From positions 128,001-192,000 of the forward strand of contig CAWIIB010000008.1 in the NCBI GenBank assembly GCA_963836075.1: DNA of 64,000 nt. The letters run 5' to 3'. The position numbers and the translations under genes are program-made. The notes beneath the pieces were generated by a model. The model saw only the letters and a program-made list of their open reading frames with translations, was not told the DNA's origin and did no database searches. Below are positions 1-9,332 of this stretch, piece by piece; position 1 is the first letter of the stretch, and each line of letters starts with the position of its first letter. The stretch comes from an uncultured Acidobacteriota bacterium (GTDB taxonomy: Bacteria; Acidobacteriota; JAQAZP01).

Positions 1-47
1 GGGGAAGCAGCGGTTGAGCAGGCGGCAGATGGCGGCGCTCCGGATCT

Positions 48-1226
48 TCATTTAACCAGATCCTCGTACACGGCACTGAGCCGGGTGAAGTGCGCCTCGG
101 GTGAGTAGTCCCGCTGGAACACGGCCAGCGCCCCCGCGCCCAGCCGCCGGGCCAGTTCCCGGTCCCCCAGCAGCCGGATGGCCTGTTCGGCCAACCGCTC
201 ATGGTCGCCCCGGGGGAAGAGCAGCCCGGTATCCCCCTCGCGGACGATCTCGGGCAGCCCCCCCAGGTCGCTGCCCAGCAGCGGCGTGCCACAGGAGAGC
301 GCTTCCAGCGCGGTCACCGGACAGTTCTCCATCCAGACACTGGGCAGCACACAGGCCGCGGCCTGCCGGAAATACTCGCCCAGCAGTTGGTTCTCCACCT
401 GGCCGGTGAAGTTGACGGCCTCATCCAGACCCAGCTGGCCGGCCAGGGCTCCGAGCAGCGGGCGGGCCGGGCCCTCACCCACCACGGTGAGCGCGGTTCC
501 GGGGAGCGCCTCCCGGATCAGCGGCAGGGCCTTCAACAGCACGTCCACACCCTTTTCCCGGCTCAGCCGGCCCACATAGAGCAGCCCGCTGCGCTGCACC
601 TCCGTCCCAGCCCCACCGCCGGGGGGGTGGACGAAGTTGGGCACGGTGGTCACCCGGTCCGTCCCCAGGCTGGAGGTCATCCACCAGCCCAGGGCCTTGG
701 AGGGGGTGATGAAGCGATCCACCCAGGAGCGGAGCAGCCTGCGGTGCAGTGCGGTTTTGAGCCAGCGCAGGCCGTTGTAGGGCAACCAGGCCAGGCCCTC
801 GCGGCTGCCGGGGCAACCCTGCACCAGGCAGCCCGACCCGAAGCCCACCGTGCAGGGCAGGCCGTCGGCGCCGATCATCCACTTCCTCGGGCAGACGTAG
901 TTGAAGTCGTGGACCGTCATCACCACCGGGATGTCCTGCTCCCGGGCCGCCCGCAGGGGGAGCGGGGAGAGCCGCAGGGAGAGGCTGTGGGCGTGGAGCA
1001 GGTCGGGCTGGAAACGCCGCACCGCCTGGCGCACCTCGGCCAGGTAGCGCCAGCCGGCCCAGCGGGTGGCGTGGCTGCGCAGGTCGCCGCCCGGGCCCGG
1101 GGGGCTGTAGACTTCCACCTCCCAGCCCTTGCCGGCCAGCAGGTCCGAGACATGGCTGATGTAGCTGCGGATGCCGCCGGTGTATTCGTAACTGTCGGTG
1201 ATCTGCAAGAGACGTCGCATGGTCAT
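48..1226 (-). CDS. Glycosyltransferase family 4
   Basis: GT-B motifs: N-terminal GGI, YVGRLSREKG, PSVWMENCPVTALEA..CG.P, GG.PE. Also carries a Cys-rich insert (HDFNYVCP...C...C...C). Confidence 0.9.
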   Translation of the reverse strand: MTMRRLLQITDSYEYTGGIRSYISHVSDLLAGKGWEVEVYSPPGPGGDLRSHATRWAGWRYLAEVRQAVRRFQPDLLHAHSLSLRLSPLPLRAAREQDIPVVMTVHDFNYVCPRKWMIGADGLPCTVGFGSGCLVQGCPGSREGLAWLPYNGLRWLKTALHRRLLRSWVDRFITPSKALGWWMTSSLGTDRVTTVPNFVHPPGGGAGTEVQRSGLLYVGRLSREKGVDVLLKALPLIREALPGTALTVVGEGPARPLLGALAGQLGLDEAVNFTGQVENQLLGEYFRQAAACVLPSVWMENCPVTALEALSCGTPLLGSDLGGLPEIVREGDTGLLFPRGDHERLAEQAIRLLGDRELARRLGAGALAVFQRDYSPEAHFTRLSAVYEDLVK

Positions 1227-1235
1227 TCGTGGCCT

Positions 1236-1799
1236 TCAGCCGCGGCGCTGCCGGTAGAGGGCCGGTTCGATGATCCCGGCCATCCGTTCCAGGTCCAGGG
1301 GCAGGCCCAGGTGGCCGGCCACCCGGCGGGCCGTCTCGGCGGGCTGCTGCACCACCTGGCGAAACTGGCAGTGCAGTGCGTCCAGCGCCGGTTGCCGGGC
1401 AAGAAAGCGCTGCACCTTCTCCAGGTGCGTGGTGAACAGTTCCCTCATCCGCTGGTCCGGCGGCTGGTCCCGGTCCTGGCCCAGGTTGCGGAGCATCACC
1501 GCCTGGGAGGCCAGCACCTCGTCCAGGTCCCGCTGCATGAAGATGATCTTGAACTCCCGTCCCGGCGGCAGGTGGAAGAGCAGCATGGAGACCATCTTGA
1601 ACACCCGGCCCTCGGCCTCGTCCAGCCAGGAGGAATCGTCCCGGATGGTCTTGACCCGCTCCAGCTCGTAGTAGCCGCGGGGGTTGTCCGCGTCGGCTTC
1701 CCGCACCCCGTCGGTGAGCGGTTCCAGACCGCCCGCTTCCAGGAAGCGCATCATCATCGAGGTGCCGGTTCGCGGCAGCCCGGAGACAATGGTGATCAT
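1236..1799 (-). CDS. Small sulfotransferase-family protein
   Basis: MITIVSGLPRTGTSMMM resembles a PAPS-binding loop; NPRGYYE and IFMQRD...S motifs follow. Start moved to ATG 1799, which has GGAG upstream. Confidence 0.8.
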   Translation of the reverse strand: MITIVSGLPRTGTSMMMRFLEAGGLEPLTDGVREADADNPRGYYELERVKTIRDDSSWLDEAEGRVFKMVSMLLFHLPPGREFKIIFMQRDLDEVLASQAVMLRNLGQDRDQPPDQRMRELFTTHLEKVQRFLARQPALDALHCQFRQVVQQPAETARRVAGHLGLPLDLERMAGIIEPALYRQRRG

Positions 1800-1923
1800 C
1801 GGTGCCTCTCCTGCGGCGGAACTGTTGATCGTGGGGCGGCGAGGTGTAAAAATGAATGATACAGGCTCGATCACGAGAATTGCAAAAGGGACGGCAAGGA
1901 TGCCGGAAGCCGGAGGGAGAAGG

Positions 1924-2325
1924 ATGACCGACAGTTGCGAGTACGGATACACCAGGTCGCTGGGGGATACCGATTTTGACGGTGCCCTGGAAAAGGTGAC
2001 CGCGGCCCTGAAAGAGGAAGGGTTCGGCGTGCTCACCGAGATCGACGTGAAGAAGACGCTGAAGGCCAAGATCGACGTGGACTTCCGCCGCTACATGATC
2101 CTCGGCGCCTGCAACCCGGTGCTGGCCCACAAGGCCCTGAGCCGCGAACTGCAGCTGGGCCTGCTGCTGCCCTGCAACGTGATCGTCTACGAGGACGACC
2201 AGGGCCAGGTGGCGGTGTCGCTGATCAAGCCGGCGGAGATGTTCAAGGTGGTGAACAACCCCGATATGGAAGCCATCGCCGGCGAGGTGGACGCCAAACT
2301 GCGGCGGGTCTATGACGCGCTCTAA
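1924..2325 (+). CDS. DUF302 domain protein
   Basis: LKEEGFGVLTEIDV, YMILGACNP and LLLPCNVIVYE are typical of DUF302. ATG at 1924 follows GGAGAAGG. Confidence 0.88.
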   Translation: MTDSCEYGYTRSLGDTDFDGALEKVTAALKEEGFGVLTEIDVKKTLKAKIDVDFRRYMILGACNPVLAHKALSRELQLGLLLPCNVIVYEDDQGQVAVSLIKPAEMFKVVNNPDMEAIAGEVDAKLRRVYDAL

Positions 2326-3417
2326 ATATCGATCACCGGGCGGTCGGTCCCCTTGCCCATACCGGGGAGATGGCGGAAGAGCTTGAAGTAGAAAATCGAC
2401 CCGAACTGGCGGCCCAGGGATCTGGCCAGCGAGGTGTCCCCCAGGCATTTGCGGCAGCGGGGGTGGCGGATGCGGAAGCTGCGGAAGTCGTGGATCGCCT
2501 GCCGGACCTCGGGCTGGCGGAAGGCCTCGCGGATGGTGGTCTGCTCCATGTTGCCAAAGACGGTCTCGCCGTCGTAGTCGACGCAGCAGTAGACCAGGTC
2601 GCCGTTCCAGAGGATGCCGAACTGCTCGGTGAGGCCCTCGCAGCAGCCCCAGTGGGCCGCCTTCAGTTTTGATTCGTCCAGGCCTTCCCGCACCCAGTCC
2701 CCCAGCGGCCGCGACTCCAGCACCAGGTTGCGGGTGATCCGCACCTGGTTGCGGGCCAGCAGGCGCAGTTTGTCCAGCCGCTGCTTCAGCTGGTCCCGCC
2801 TGGCCTTGAACTGCGCCCGCACCTCGTCCCGGGAACAGGCGTCCACGGCGCCCCCCAGCCACTCCAGGGCCATGCGCACCAGTTCGGCCCTGGTGTCGAT
2901 GATGCTCATCTCCCGCGAGGGGAGGAGGACGCGCTTGAACGGCGTGACCAGCAGGGAGAGGACAACTTCGCTGTGGTGCTCCAGCTCCAGGGCCAGGCCC
3001 AGGGCCGAGGTCACCCGTTCCCGGGTACTGTTCAAATCCGACTTTGGCCTGGCGCAGCTTGAAGGAGGTGGCGTCGGGCGTCTGCACCGAGACGATGATT
3101 GTGTGGGTCTCCGCCTCCAGCAGCGAGCGCATCATCTCTTTTGTGAGCAGCCAGCCGTTGGTGGTCAGGTGGACCTCCAGGCCCAGCTGGCCGGCCAGCT
3201 GCACCGCCTCCAGCAGGTGGGGGTAGAGCAGCGGCTCGCCCATCAGGTGAAAGCAGACCACCCGGGTCAGCTCCTCGGCGGCGATCTCCTCCAGCGTCCG
3301 GCGCATCAGGTCGCGGTCCATGCTGCCCCGCGGGCGGGTGATCAGCCGGTCGGGGCAGAACTCGCAACAGAAGTTGCACTGGTTGGTGAGTTCCAGGTGT
3401 ACCCGGTCGAAGGCCAT
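2322..3417 (-). CDS. Radical SAM/SPASM-type protein, interrupted by one extra base near 3023-3025
   Basis: N-terminal ELTNQCNFCCEFCP (CxxxCxxC), MGEPLL and TTNG lie in one frame. The C-terminal C...WNGDLVYCCVDY...FGN...CRKC lies in the 2322-3035 frame. Removing one C gives FEQY-RERVTS. Confidence 0.85.
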
Positions 3418-3420
3418 GGT

Positions 3421-4602
3421 TTACCCGTCGGTGGAGGAGAGCATCTCCTCGTACAGTTCGCGGTGTTTGCGGCTGACGCTGGCGATGGAAAACTCCTGCC
3501 GCACCTTTTCCACGGCTTGTTGCCCCAGAGTCTCACACATGGCCGGGTCGCCCAACAGCTGCAGTACGGCCCCGGCAAAGGCCTCCGGGTCTTCCTGGGG
3601 CACCAGCAGCCCGTCCCGCTGGTGGTCGATGATGTCGGTGGAGACCCCCTCGATGGTGCAGACCACGCAGGGCAGGCCACAGGCCATGGCCTCGATCAGC
3701 GCGATCCCGAAGGTCTCGAAGCGGGACGAAAAGACAAAGATGTCGGCCAGCTGCAGGTAGCGCTGCACGTCATCCGTCCGGCCCATCAGCCGCACCGCAT
3801 TCTCCAGGCCCAGTTCGGCGATGCGCTCCTTGACCTCATCGGCATATCCCGCCTCCTCCGGCCGCTCCAGCGCGTCCAGCGGTCCCAGCACCAGCAGCAG
3901 CGCCTCGGGGCACGAGGCGCTGACCCGGCTCCAGGCCTCCACCAGCAGGTCCACACCCTTGCGCGGCACCACGGCCCCGGTGAACACCGCGATCTTCGCC
4001 GCCGGGTCGAGGCCCAGTTCCCGGCGCAAGGCGGCTTTCCCGGCGGCGGCCACCGGGAGAAAGCGTTGCTCCACGTCGATGCCGCAGGGGATGCGGCGCA
4101 GCTTGTCCAGCGGCAGCCCGGTGCGGGCATAGGACGCGGCGACGAAGCTGGTGGTGTGGACAAAGCGGTCGATCCCGGCAAGGATGCGCAGCTGCAGCGA
4201 GCCCAGCCGGCGTGCCGCGATCGATTCCGGCATGTCGCCCTCGGGGTCGTGAAAGGTGAGCGCCGTCTTGCGGCCCAGCAGCCGGATCAGCGGCACCACC
4301 CCGAACACCGGCAGGTAGGCGCCGTGCAGGTGGAGTACCTGGTATTCCCGGCGGCGGCGCCAGAGCAGCCAGGCCAGCTGCAGCATCAGCGCCGGGTGCC
4401 TCAGCCAGCCCCGGCGCAGCGGCGTGATCCGCTCGATGTGCATCCCCTCCATCATCTCCTCCCGGGGCCAGTCCCCGAGATTGAGGGCGATGATGCGCAC
4501 CTCCACGCCCTGCTCCGGCAGCAGCCGGCCAAAGTCGTAGGTCAGTTGCCCGGCGCCCGAGAACCTGGGCGGGAAATAGGGCACCACCATGCAGACCTTC
4601 AT
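3421..4602 (-). CDS. Glycosyltransferase family 4
   Basis: YFPP..SGA, FTGAVVPRKG, FSSRFETFGIALIEAMACGLP. Confidence 0.92.
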   Translation of the reverse strand: MKVCMVVPYFPPRFSGAGQLTYDFGRLLPEQGVEVRIIALNLGDWPREEMMEGMHIERITPLRRGWLRHPALMLQLAWLLWRRRREYQVLHLHGAYLPVFGVVPLIRLLGRKTALTFHDPEGDMPESIAARRLGSLQLRILAGIDRFVHTTSFVAASYARTGLPLDKLRRIPCGIDVEQRFLPVAAAGKAALRRELGLDPAAKIAVFTGAVVPRKGVDLLVEAWSRVSASCPEALLLVLGPLDALERPEEAGYADEVKERIAELGLENAVRLMGRTDDVQRYLQLADIFVFSSRFETFGIALIEAMACGLPCVVCTIEGVSTDIIDHQRDGLLVPQEDPEAFAGAVLQLLGDPAMCETLGQQAVEKVRQEFSIASVSRKHRELYEEMLSSTDG

Positions 4603-4673
4603 CGCTCAGGGCCTCCGTGGACCGGGACGTGGCGTTTTTTCGGGCGGACGGTCATGGGTGCAGCGACGGTTTC

Positions 4674-5570
4674 TCAATCGTCCAGCCAGTGGGAGAGGTC
4701 CCGGCCAATCAGCTCCTGGAGCTGCAGGACGTCCTCCCGGTAGATGTCGGCGAGTTTCTGTCTCGTCTCGAGCTTCATCGGAACCCGTTTCAGGTTGTAC
4801 TTGCGCATGGTGTGGAACAGCCGGTCCGCCCGGTTGCGGCCCATCAGCGGCCGCATCAGCCGCTGCACCGGTGCACCCCTGGTCCCCATATCGCGGAAGA
4901 ACAGCTTCTGCAGCAGCCGGCTCCGCGGGATGCCCGACGGGTTGTAGGTCGTCTCGTAGTCCGGCTTGAACCCGCCGTCCACACCGATGAACTGGAAGAT
5001 CTCCCGCAGGGTTTCCGGCGGCCGTTCCTTGAGGTCCTCCAGCAGGTAGACTTTGGTCCGGGGGAAGTTCTCCAGGTAGTGCTTCACGCTCTGGTAATAG
5101 AACCCCAGGGAGAGGTAGTGGCCCATGAACATCACCTTCTGCTCGATGCGGCTCTGCTCTTCCTCCAGGGCCTGCTCGAAACTCAGCGGCTCGGCGTAGC
5201 TGGCGCTGGTCATGGTCCAGCCGGAATAGGCCCGGTCGATGGGGTTGCGCAGCAGGATAATGATCTGGATGTCGCCCAGCAGCGCCTTGATTTTGGGCAC
5301 CGCTTCCTCGTGGTAGTAAAGGTTGCTGGTGGTCACCTCGCCCCAGGCCCTGGTCCGCTCGGTGGTGAGGGTGCGGAACAGTTCCCGGTATCCCTCCTCG
5401 TCGTAGAAGGTGACTTCGGGCCAGGTCCCGGCCATGCTCTCGCGGTTGAAGATGTAGGTTTCCTTGCAGGGCGGGACGCAGATTTCAGGGTGCTGCTCCA
5501 TGAAATAGTGCAGCGAGGTGGTGCCGCTCTTGGCCGCGCCCACCACCAGGAATGTGGGGAGTCTGCTCAT
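4674..5570 (-). CDS. PAPS-dependent sulfotransferase
   Basis: PTFLVVGAAKSGTTSL (5'-PSB loop), KE..F, GE.T..Y, LLRNPIDRAYS (3'-PB motif). Confidence 0.92.
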   Translation of the reverse strand: MSRLPTFLVVGAAKSGTTSLHYFMEQHPEICVPPCKETYIFNRESMAGTWPEVTFYDEEGYRELFRTLTTERTRAWGEVTTSNLYYHEEAVPKIKALLGDIQIIILLRNPIDRAYSGWTMTSASYAEPLSFEQALEEEQSRIEQKVMFMGHYLSLGFYYQSVKHYLENFPRTKVYLLEDLKERPPETLREIFQFIGVDGGFKPDYETTYNPSGIPRSRLLQKLFFRDMGTRGAPVQRLMRPLMGRNRADRLFHTMRKYNLKRVPMKLETRQKLADIYREDVLQLQELIGRDLSHWLDD

Positions 5571-5582
5571 TGGCGCACATAT

Positions 5583-5609
5583 AAAAAAGGCCGGTGGCGC
5601 TGCACCGGC
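5583..5609 (-). terminator. Intrinsic-terminator-like hairpin just upstream of the sulfotransferase start
   Basis: Minus strand reads GCCGGTG-CAGCGC-CACCGGC-C-TTTTTT. Confidence 0.6.
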
Positions 5610-5634
5610 GGCCCGGAAACAGTTTCGAGCTTTA

Positions 5635-5664
5635 AGGTTAACGGAACACAGGGGGATGAGTCAA
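5635..5664 (-). promoter_or_regulatory. Putative sigma70 promoter for the sulfotransferase-GT4-rSAM operon
   Basis: Minus strand TTGACT-N18-TAACCT. Confidence 0.5.
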
Positions 5665-5680
5665 TCAGCGGGCCCGCCCC

Positions 5681-7990
5681 TTATTTGAGCACCGGGACCG
5701 GCTCGTCCTTGCGCCAGAAACGCCGGCTGGGCGGGGTGGCGCCGCGGCGGAAGAGGTCGGTGTGGGTGCCCCGCCGCTGCCGGGCCACCAGCAGGCCGCT
5801 GCGGTCCTGGATCATGCGTTGCACCACGTCGTCGGGCCGTTCCACCGCCGTGGCCGGCCGGGTGGGGGCCGCCTGCACCATGAACGAGCGCCAGATGGGG
5901 GCGGCCGCTCCGGAGCCGGTGAGGCCCAGTGGAGTGCCGTCGTCCACGCCCACCCAGACCGCGGCCACCAGCGGCCCGGTGCCGCCCACGAACCAGGCGT
6001 CACGGCGGTCGGAGGAGGTGCCGGTTTTGCCGAAAACCTCGCGGCCCTCGATCTGTGCCGGGCGGCTGGTGCCCCGCTCCACCGAGTCCACCAGCAGGTC
6101 GCGGATCAGGTAGGCCGATGACGGCCGGACCACCTTCTTGTGCCGCGAGCGGTGTTTGGTGATGGAGCGGCCGCCGGGTTTGGCCAGCCGGGTGTACGGG
6201 GTGAGTTTGGCCCGCCGGCCCAGCACGCCGCTGAACACGGCGTAGGCGTCGGCCAGCTCCAGCGGGGTGGCTTCCACCGAGCCGAGGACAAAGGAGGGAG
6301 GCGCCGGGTCGGGGATGGTGAGGCCGGTCTCGCGCACCATCTGCGCCGCCGTGTCGAAACCGCACCAGCGGCCGATGCGCACGAAGGGCACGTTGAGGCT
6401 CTGGACCACCGATTCGCGGATGGTCACTGCCCCGCGGTACTTGCCGTCATAGTTTTGCGGCTCCCAGTCACCCGACGGCAGGTCGATGCGCAGCGGGCTG
6501 TCGGCCACCTGGCGGGCGGGGTAGAGGGCCTCCGCGGCGCCGTCCCGGTCAAAGGCCTCCAGCAGGACCAGCGGCTTGATCGCCGAGCCCGGCTGGCGCC
6601 GGGCCAGGCGCACCCGGTCGAAGGAGTCGGCTTCCTTGCCCGGGTCGCCGCCCACGTAGGCCAGAATGCGACCGTCTTCGGCGTCGTAGCAGACCAGCGC
6701 CGCGGAGAGGGGCAGCCGGCGCAGCCGGGAGTGGCTCCGCCGCAGCTCCTCCAGCCCCTGGCGGACCGCCTTCTCCGCCTCGGCCTGGAGCAGGGGATCG
6801 ATGGTCGATTCCACCAGCACACCCCGTCCCTTCTCCACCTGCTGCTCCGCCTTCCGTCCCACGATCTCGCTCAGCAGGCTGAGGAAGTGCCGGTTGCCGG
6901 CCGGGCTCACCGCCGCGGTGCGCAGCCGGGGCAGGCCGCGCACCCGGGCCTTGGAGATCTCGGTCTCCGGGGCCCAGCCCAGGTCCTTCATCCGTTCCAG
7001 CACCTGTTCCTGCCGTTCCCGGGCCCGCTGGGGGTTGCGCACCGGGGAGAGCATGTTCGGCCCCTGGATGATGCCGGCCAGCAGGGCCGACTCGCCGAGG
7101 TCCAGCTCCCGGGCGTCCTTGGAGAAGAAGGCCCGGGCGGCGGCGCCAACGCCGTAGATGCTGATCCCGTCGATGTGACCGTAGTAAACGCAGTTGAGGT
7201 AGGCCTGGAGGATCTCCTCCTTGTCGTGGGCCGCTTCCAGCTCCAGGGCGCGCAGCGCCTCGGAGATCTTGCGCCCCCAGGTCCGCCGGGGGGTCAGGTC
7301 GCGGATCTTCACCAGCTGCTGGGTGATGGTGCTGCCGCCCTGGACCACCTTGCCCGCCCGGGCGTTGTTCAGCAGCGCCCGGGCGATGCCCCGGGCGTCG
7401 AGGCCGGTGTGGTCGAAGAACCGGGCGTCCTCGATGGCCAGCACCGCCCGCCAGACGTGATCGGGCAGTTCGTCCAGCCGCACCGGGATCCGGGTGGCCC
7501 GGTTGGACTCCAGCGATTCGGCCAGCAGCTCCGGCTCCAGCCAGTGGCGCTCCGGCTTCCCGGGGAACAGCGGCCCCTCCCCGGGAGGCGGTGGCGGGGG
7601 TTCGAGGATCATGCCGTCCTCCCGGCGCAGGGGCAGGCTGATCAGCTCCGCCTCGTATTCATCCCCGTCCACCTGGTGGGTGTGGCGGTAGATCCAGAAC
7701 GTTTCGTGGCCGTAGAAGAACTCCCCCGGTGACTGGGGCCGCTGGTGCACCCGGCGGTAGCCCAGGCGCTCCAGCCGCTGCAGCAGGCCGGAGCCCTGCA
7801 CCGTGGTGCCCGGCTCGAGGGTGTAGGGGGAGGACCAGATGCGCACCTCGTTGCGGCCCATCTCCTCCTCCAGGCCGGCCAGGGCCACGGCGCCGGGGAG
7901 CAGCAGGGTCAGCATGGTGATCAGCAACAGCAGACGCCCGGGCAATGCCGGGAAGCGGTGATACCTTTGCGGCGTATGGAAAACGGTCAT
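5681..7990 (-). CDS. mrcB: Class A penicillin-binding protein (PBP1B-like transglycosylase/transpeptidase)
   Basis: Transglycosylase motifs EDARFFDH.G and GGSTITQQL. Transpeptidase motifs QPGSAIK (SxxK), SLN and KTG. UB2H-like segment LERLGYRRV...PGEF. Confidence 0.85.
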   Translation of the reverse strand: MTVFHTPQRYHRFPALPGRLLLLITMLTLLLPGAVALAGLEEEMGRNEVRIWSSPYTLEPGTTVQGSGLLQRLERLGYRRVHQRPQSPGEFFYGHETFWIYRHTHQVDGDEYEAELISLPLRREDGMILEPPPPPPGEGPLFPGKPERHWLEPELLAESLESNRATRIPVRLDELPDHVWRAVLAIEDARFFDHTGLDARGIARALLNNARAGKVVQGGSTITQQLVKIRDLTPRRTWGRKISEALRALELEAAHDKEEILQAYLNCVYYGHIDGISIYGVGAAARAFFSKDARELDLGESALLAGIIQGPNMLSPVRNPQRARERQEQVLERMKDLGWAPETEISKARVRGLPRLRTAAVSPAGNRHFLSLLSEIVGRKAEQQVEKGRGVLVESTIDPLLQAEAEKAVRQGLEELRRSHSRLRRLPLSAALVCYDAEDGRILAYVGGDPGKEADSFDRVRLARRQPGSAIKPLVLLEAFDRDGAAEALYPARQVADSPLRIDLPSGDWEPQNYDGKYRGAVTIRESVVQSLNVPFVRIGRWCGFDTAAQMVRETGLTIPDPAPPSFVLGSVEATPLELADAYAVFSGVLGRRAKLTPYTRLAKPGGRSITKHRSRHKKVVRPSSAYLIRDLLVDSVERGTSRPAQIEGREVFGKTGTSSDRRDAWFVGGTGPLVAAVWVGVDDGTPLGLTGSGAAAPIWRSFMVQAAPTRPATAVERPDDVVQRMIQDRSGLLVARQRRGTHTDLFRRGATPPSRRFWRKDEPVPVLK

Positions 7991-8076
7991 TGCTCGTCCT
8001 TTGGTTGTGTTTTGTCCTCAATATCAGGATAGACCAGCGGGACGGGGAAGGCAAAGCACTGGCCGGACGTGCAGCT

Positions 8077-8937
8077 TCACGCCTTCTCATCCAGCGCGGC
8101 CAGCAGCGGCGGCCAGAAATCCTCACCCAGGGCCAGGCCCAGTTCGAAGTGCGCCACCCCGGCCGCCATCTCGCTGCAGGCGCTGAAGATGGCGTCGCTC
8201 AGATGAAACCCCTGGTAGAGCAGCACCCGCCTCATCAAGCCTGGGACGGCGTCGGCCGCGCTGAGCCGGGTCAGGGTGAATACGGGTGTTTTGGCCAGCC
8301 GGAAGAACCCGCGCACCGGGAACCCGCCCGGGTGTGGCGGCTGCTCCGGGTGGTGCAGCAGCGGCGTGGCCCAGGCCGTGGCCCGTCCGCCGTCCGCCTG
8401 GACCAGGGTGGCGTCCTCGGCCAGGCAGCGCAGGGCAGACATGGAGCGGGCCGCCGCCGTGCTCTTGCCGGCCCCGGAGAGGCCGTAGAGGACAAAGGCC
8501 TTCTCCTGGTGGACCAGGGTGGCGGCGTGGAGCAGAAACCCGTTGTGGGCCGGCGCGTGAACCGAAACCAGAAAGCGGAGCAGGTTGTCAAAGGCGTAGA
8601 TATCCGCCTGGGGAAGGATCACCTGCAGGTCGCGGAAGCCGGCCGTGGAGCGGGCGAGGAAGTCGCGGTGCTCGATTCGGAACTGCTCCCCCCGGCGGTG
8701 GAGCGCGGTGACTTCGGACCGCTCGCTCCAGATGCCCTGGCCGCGCAGACCGCGAAAACGGAGACGGACCGTGGCGTCAATCCGCCCGTCGTCGTGGGCG
8801 ATGAAGTTGCGATACCCGTCGATGCCCTCCAGCCAGCGGGAAAAATGCCGGTCCGGGCCGCGGAGGGCGATCCTGATGCCGCCGATCTCGAGAATGGGCA
8901 CAGCGGGAACCTCCGGATTGATGGACAATGAACTCAT
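8077..8937 (-). CDS. HPr kinase-related P-loop protein
   Basis: GFLLHAATLV...AFVLYGLSGAGKST...LAEDATLV...AWATP matches the HprK C-terminal pattern (LHA, Walker A, acidic pair). Confidence 0.75.
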   Translation of the reverse strand: MSSLSINPEVPAVPILEIGGIRIALRGPDRHFSRWLEGIDGYRNFIAHDDGRIDATVRLRFRGLRGQGIWSERSEVTALHRRGEQFRIEHRDFLARSTAGFRDLQVILPQADIYAFDNLLRFLVSVHAPAHNGFLLHAATLVHQEKAFVLYGLSGAGKSTAAARSMSALRCLAEDATLVQADGGRATAWATPLLHHPEQPPHPGGFPVRGFFRLAKTPVFTLTRLSAADAVPGLMRRVLLYQGFHLSDAIFSACSEMAAGVAHFELGLALGEDFWPPLLAALDEKA

Positions 8938-9050
8938 GGTACACTGCCGGGCCGCTCACCCGAAAGGGCATGGCGTACGGGCGGTGGTTGGGGTATATTC
9001 GTTTCACTGGAAGATGCATTCCACAGATCAGATCAGCAGGAGGGCTGCCG

Positions 9051-9317
9051 ATGAACAAGCGGTCGTACCGGACTCCGCGGGTAATCTCCGAAAAAACGTT
9101 CGAAACCACCGCCCTGGCCTGTGCAAAAGTTTCGGATCCCCCACCCGGATCATGGCACTTTGGCTCGGCCTACGACACCTTCACCGGACACTTCGGCGAA
9201 CCCCTGGGCACCATGGAATCGCTTTCCGGCAGCACCGGCATCGGTTTTGGCCCGGGAGGGACCAGCGGCAGTTATGTCTATTCCGGTCTTTGCAACTGGG
9301 TGGGCGGCGGCACCTAG
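9051..9317 (+). CDS. Putative RiPP precursor-like peptide (88 aa)
   Basis: AGGAGG RBS at 9038-9043. Leader-like MNKRSYRTPRVISEKTFETTALAC with YxxP, followed by a Gly/Ser/Thr/aromatic-rich core. Confidence 0.65.
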   Translation: MNKRSYRTPRVISEKTFETTALACAKVSDPPPGSWHFGSAYDTFTGHFGEPLGTMESLSGSTGIGFGPGGTSGSYVYSGLCNWVGGGT

Positions 9318-9332
9318 GGGGAGGCTGGTCTT

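Noticed and set aside
475-3020. 980-aa ORF 475-3417 as one giant radical SAM protein
   Set aside because: Only the first ~130 aa are real. The rest is off-frame read-through after the indel and overlaps three genuine genes.
9290-9317. ThiS-like sulfur carrier, because the peptide ends in VGGGT next to thiE
   Set aside because: The rest of the sequence is low-complexity and does not resemble a beta-grasp fold, the GG is not terminal, and no thiF/thiG is nearby. The YxxP leader fits a RiPP precursor better.
9318-9332. TPP riboswitch before thiE
   Set aside because: Only 15 bp of intergenic space is available, and no TGAGA-type TPP core is visible upstream.
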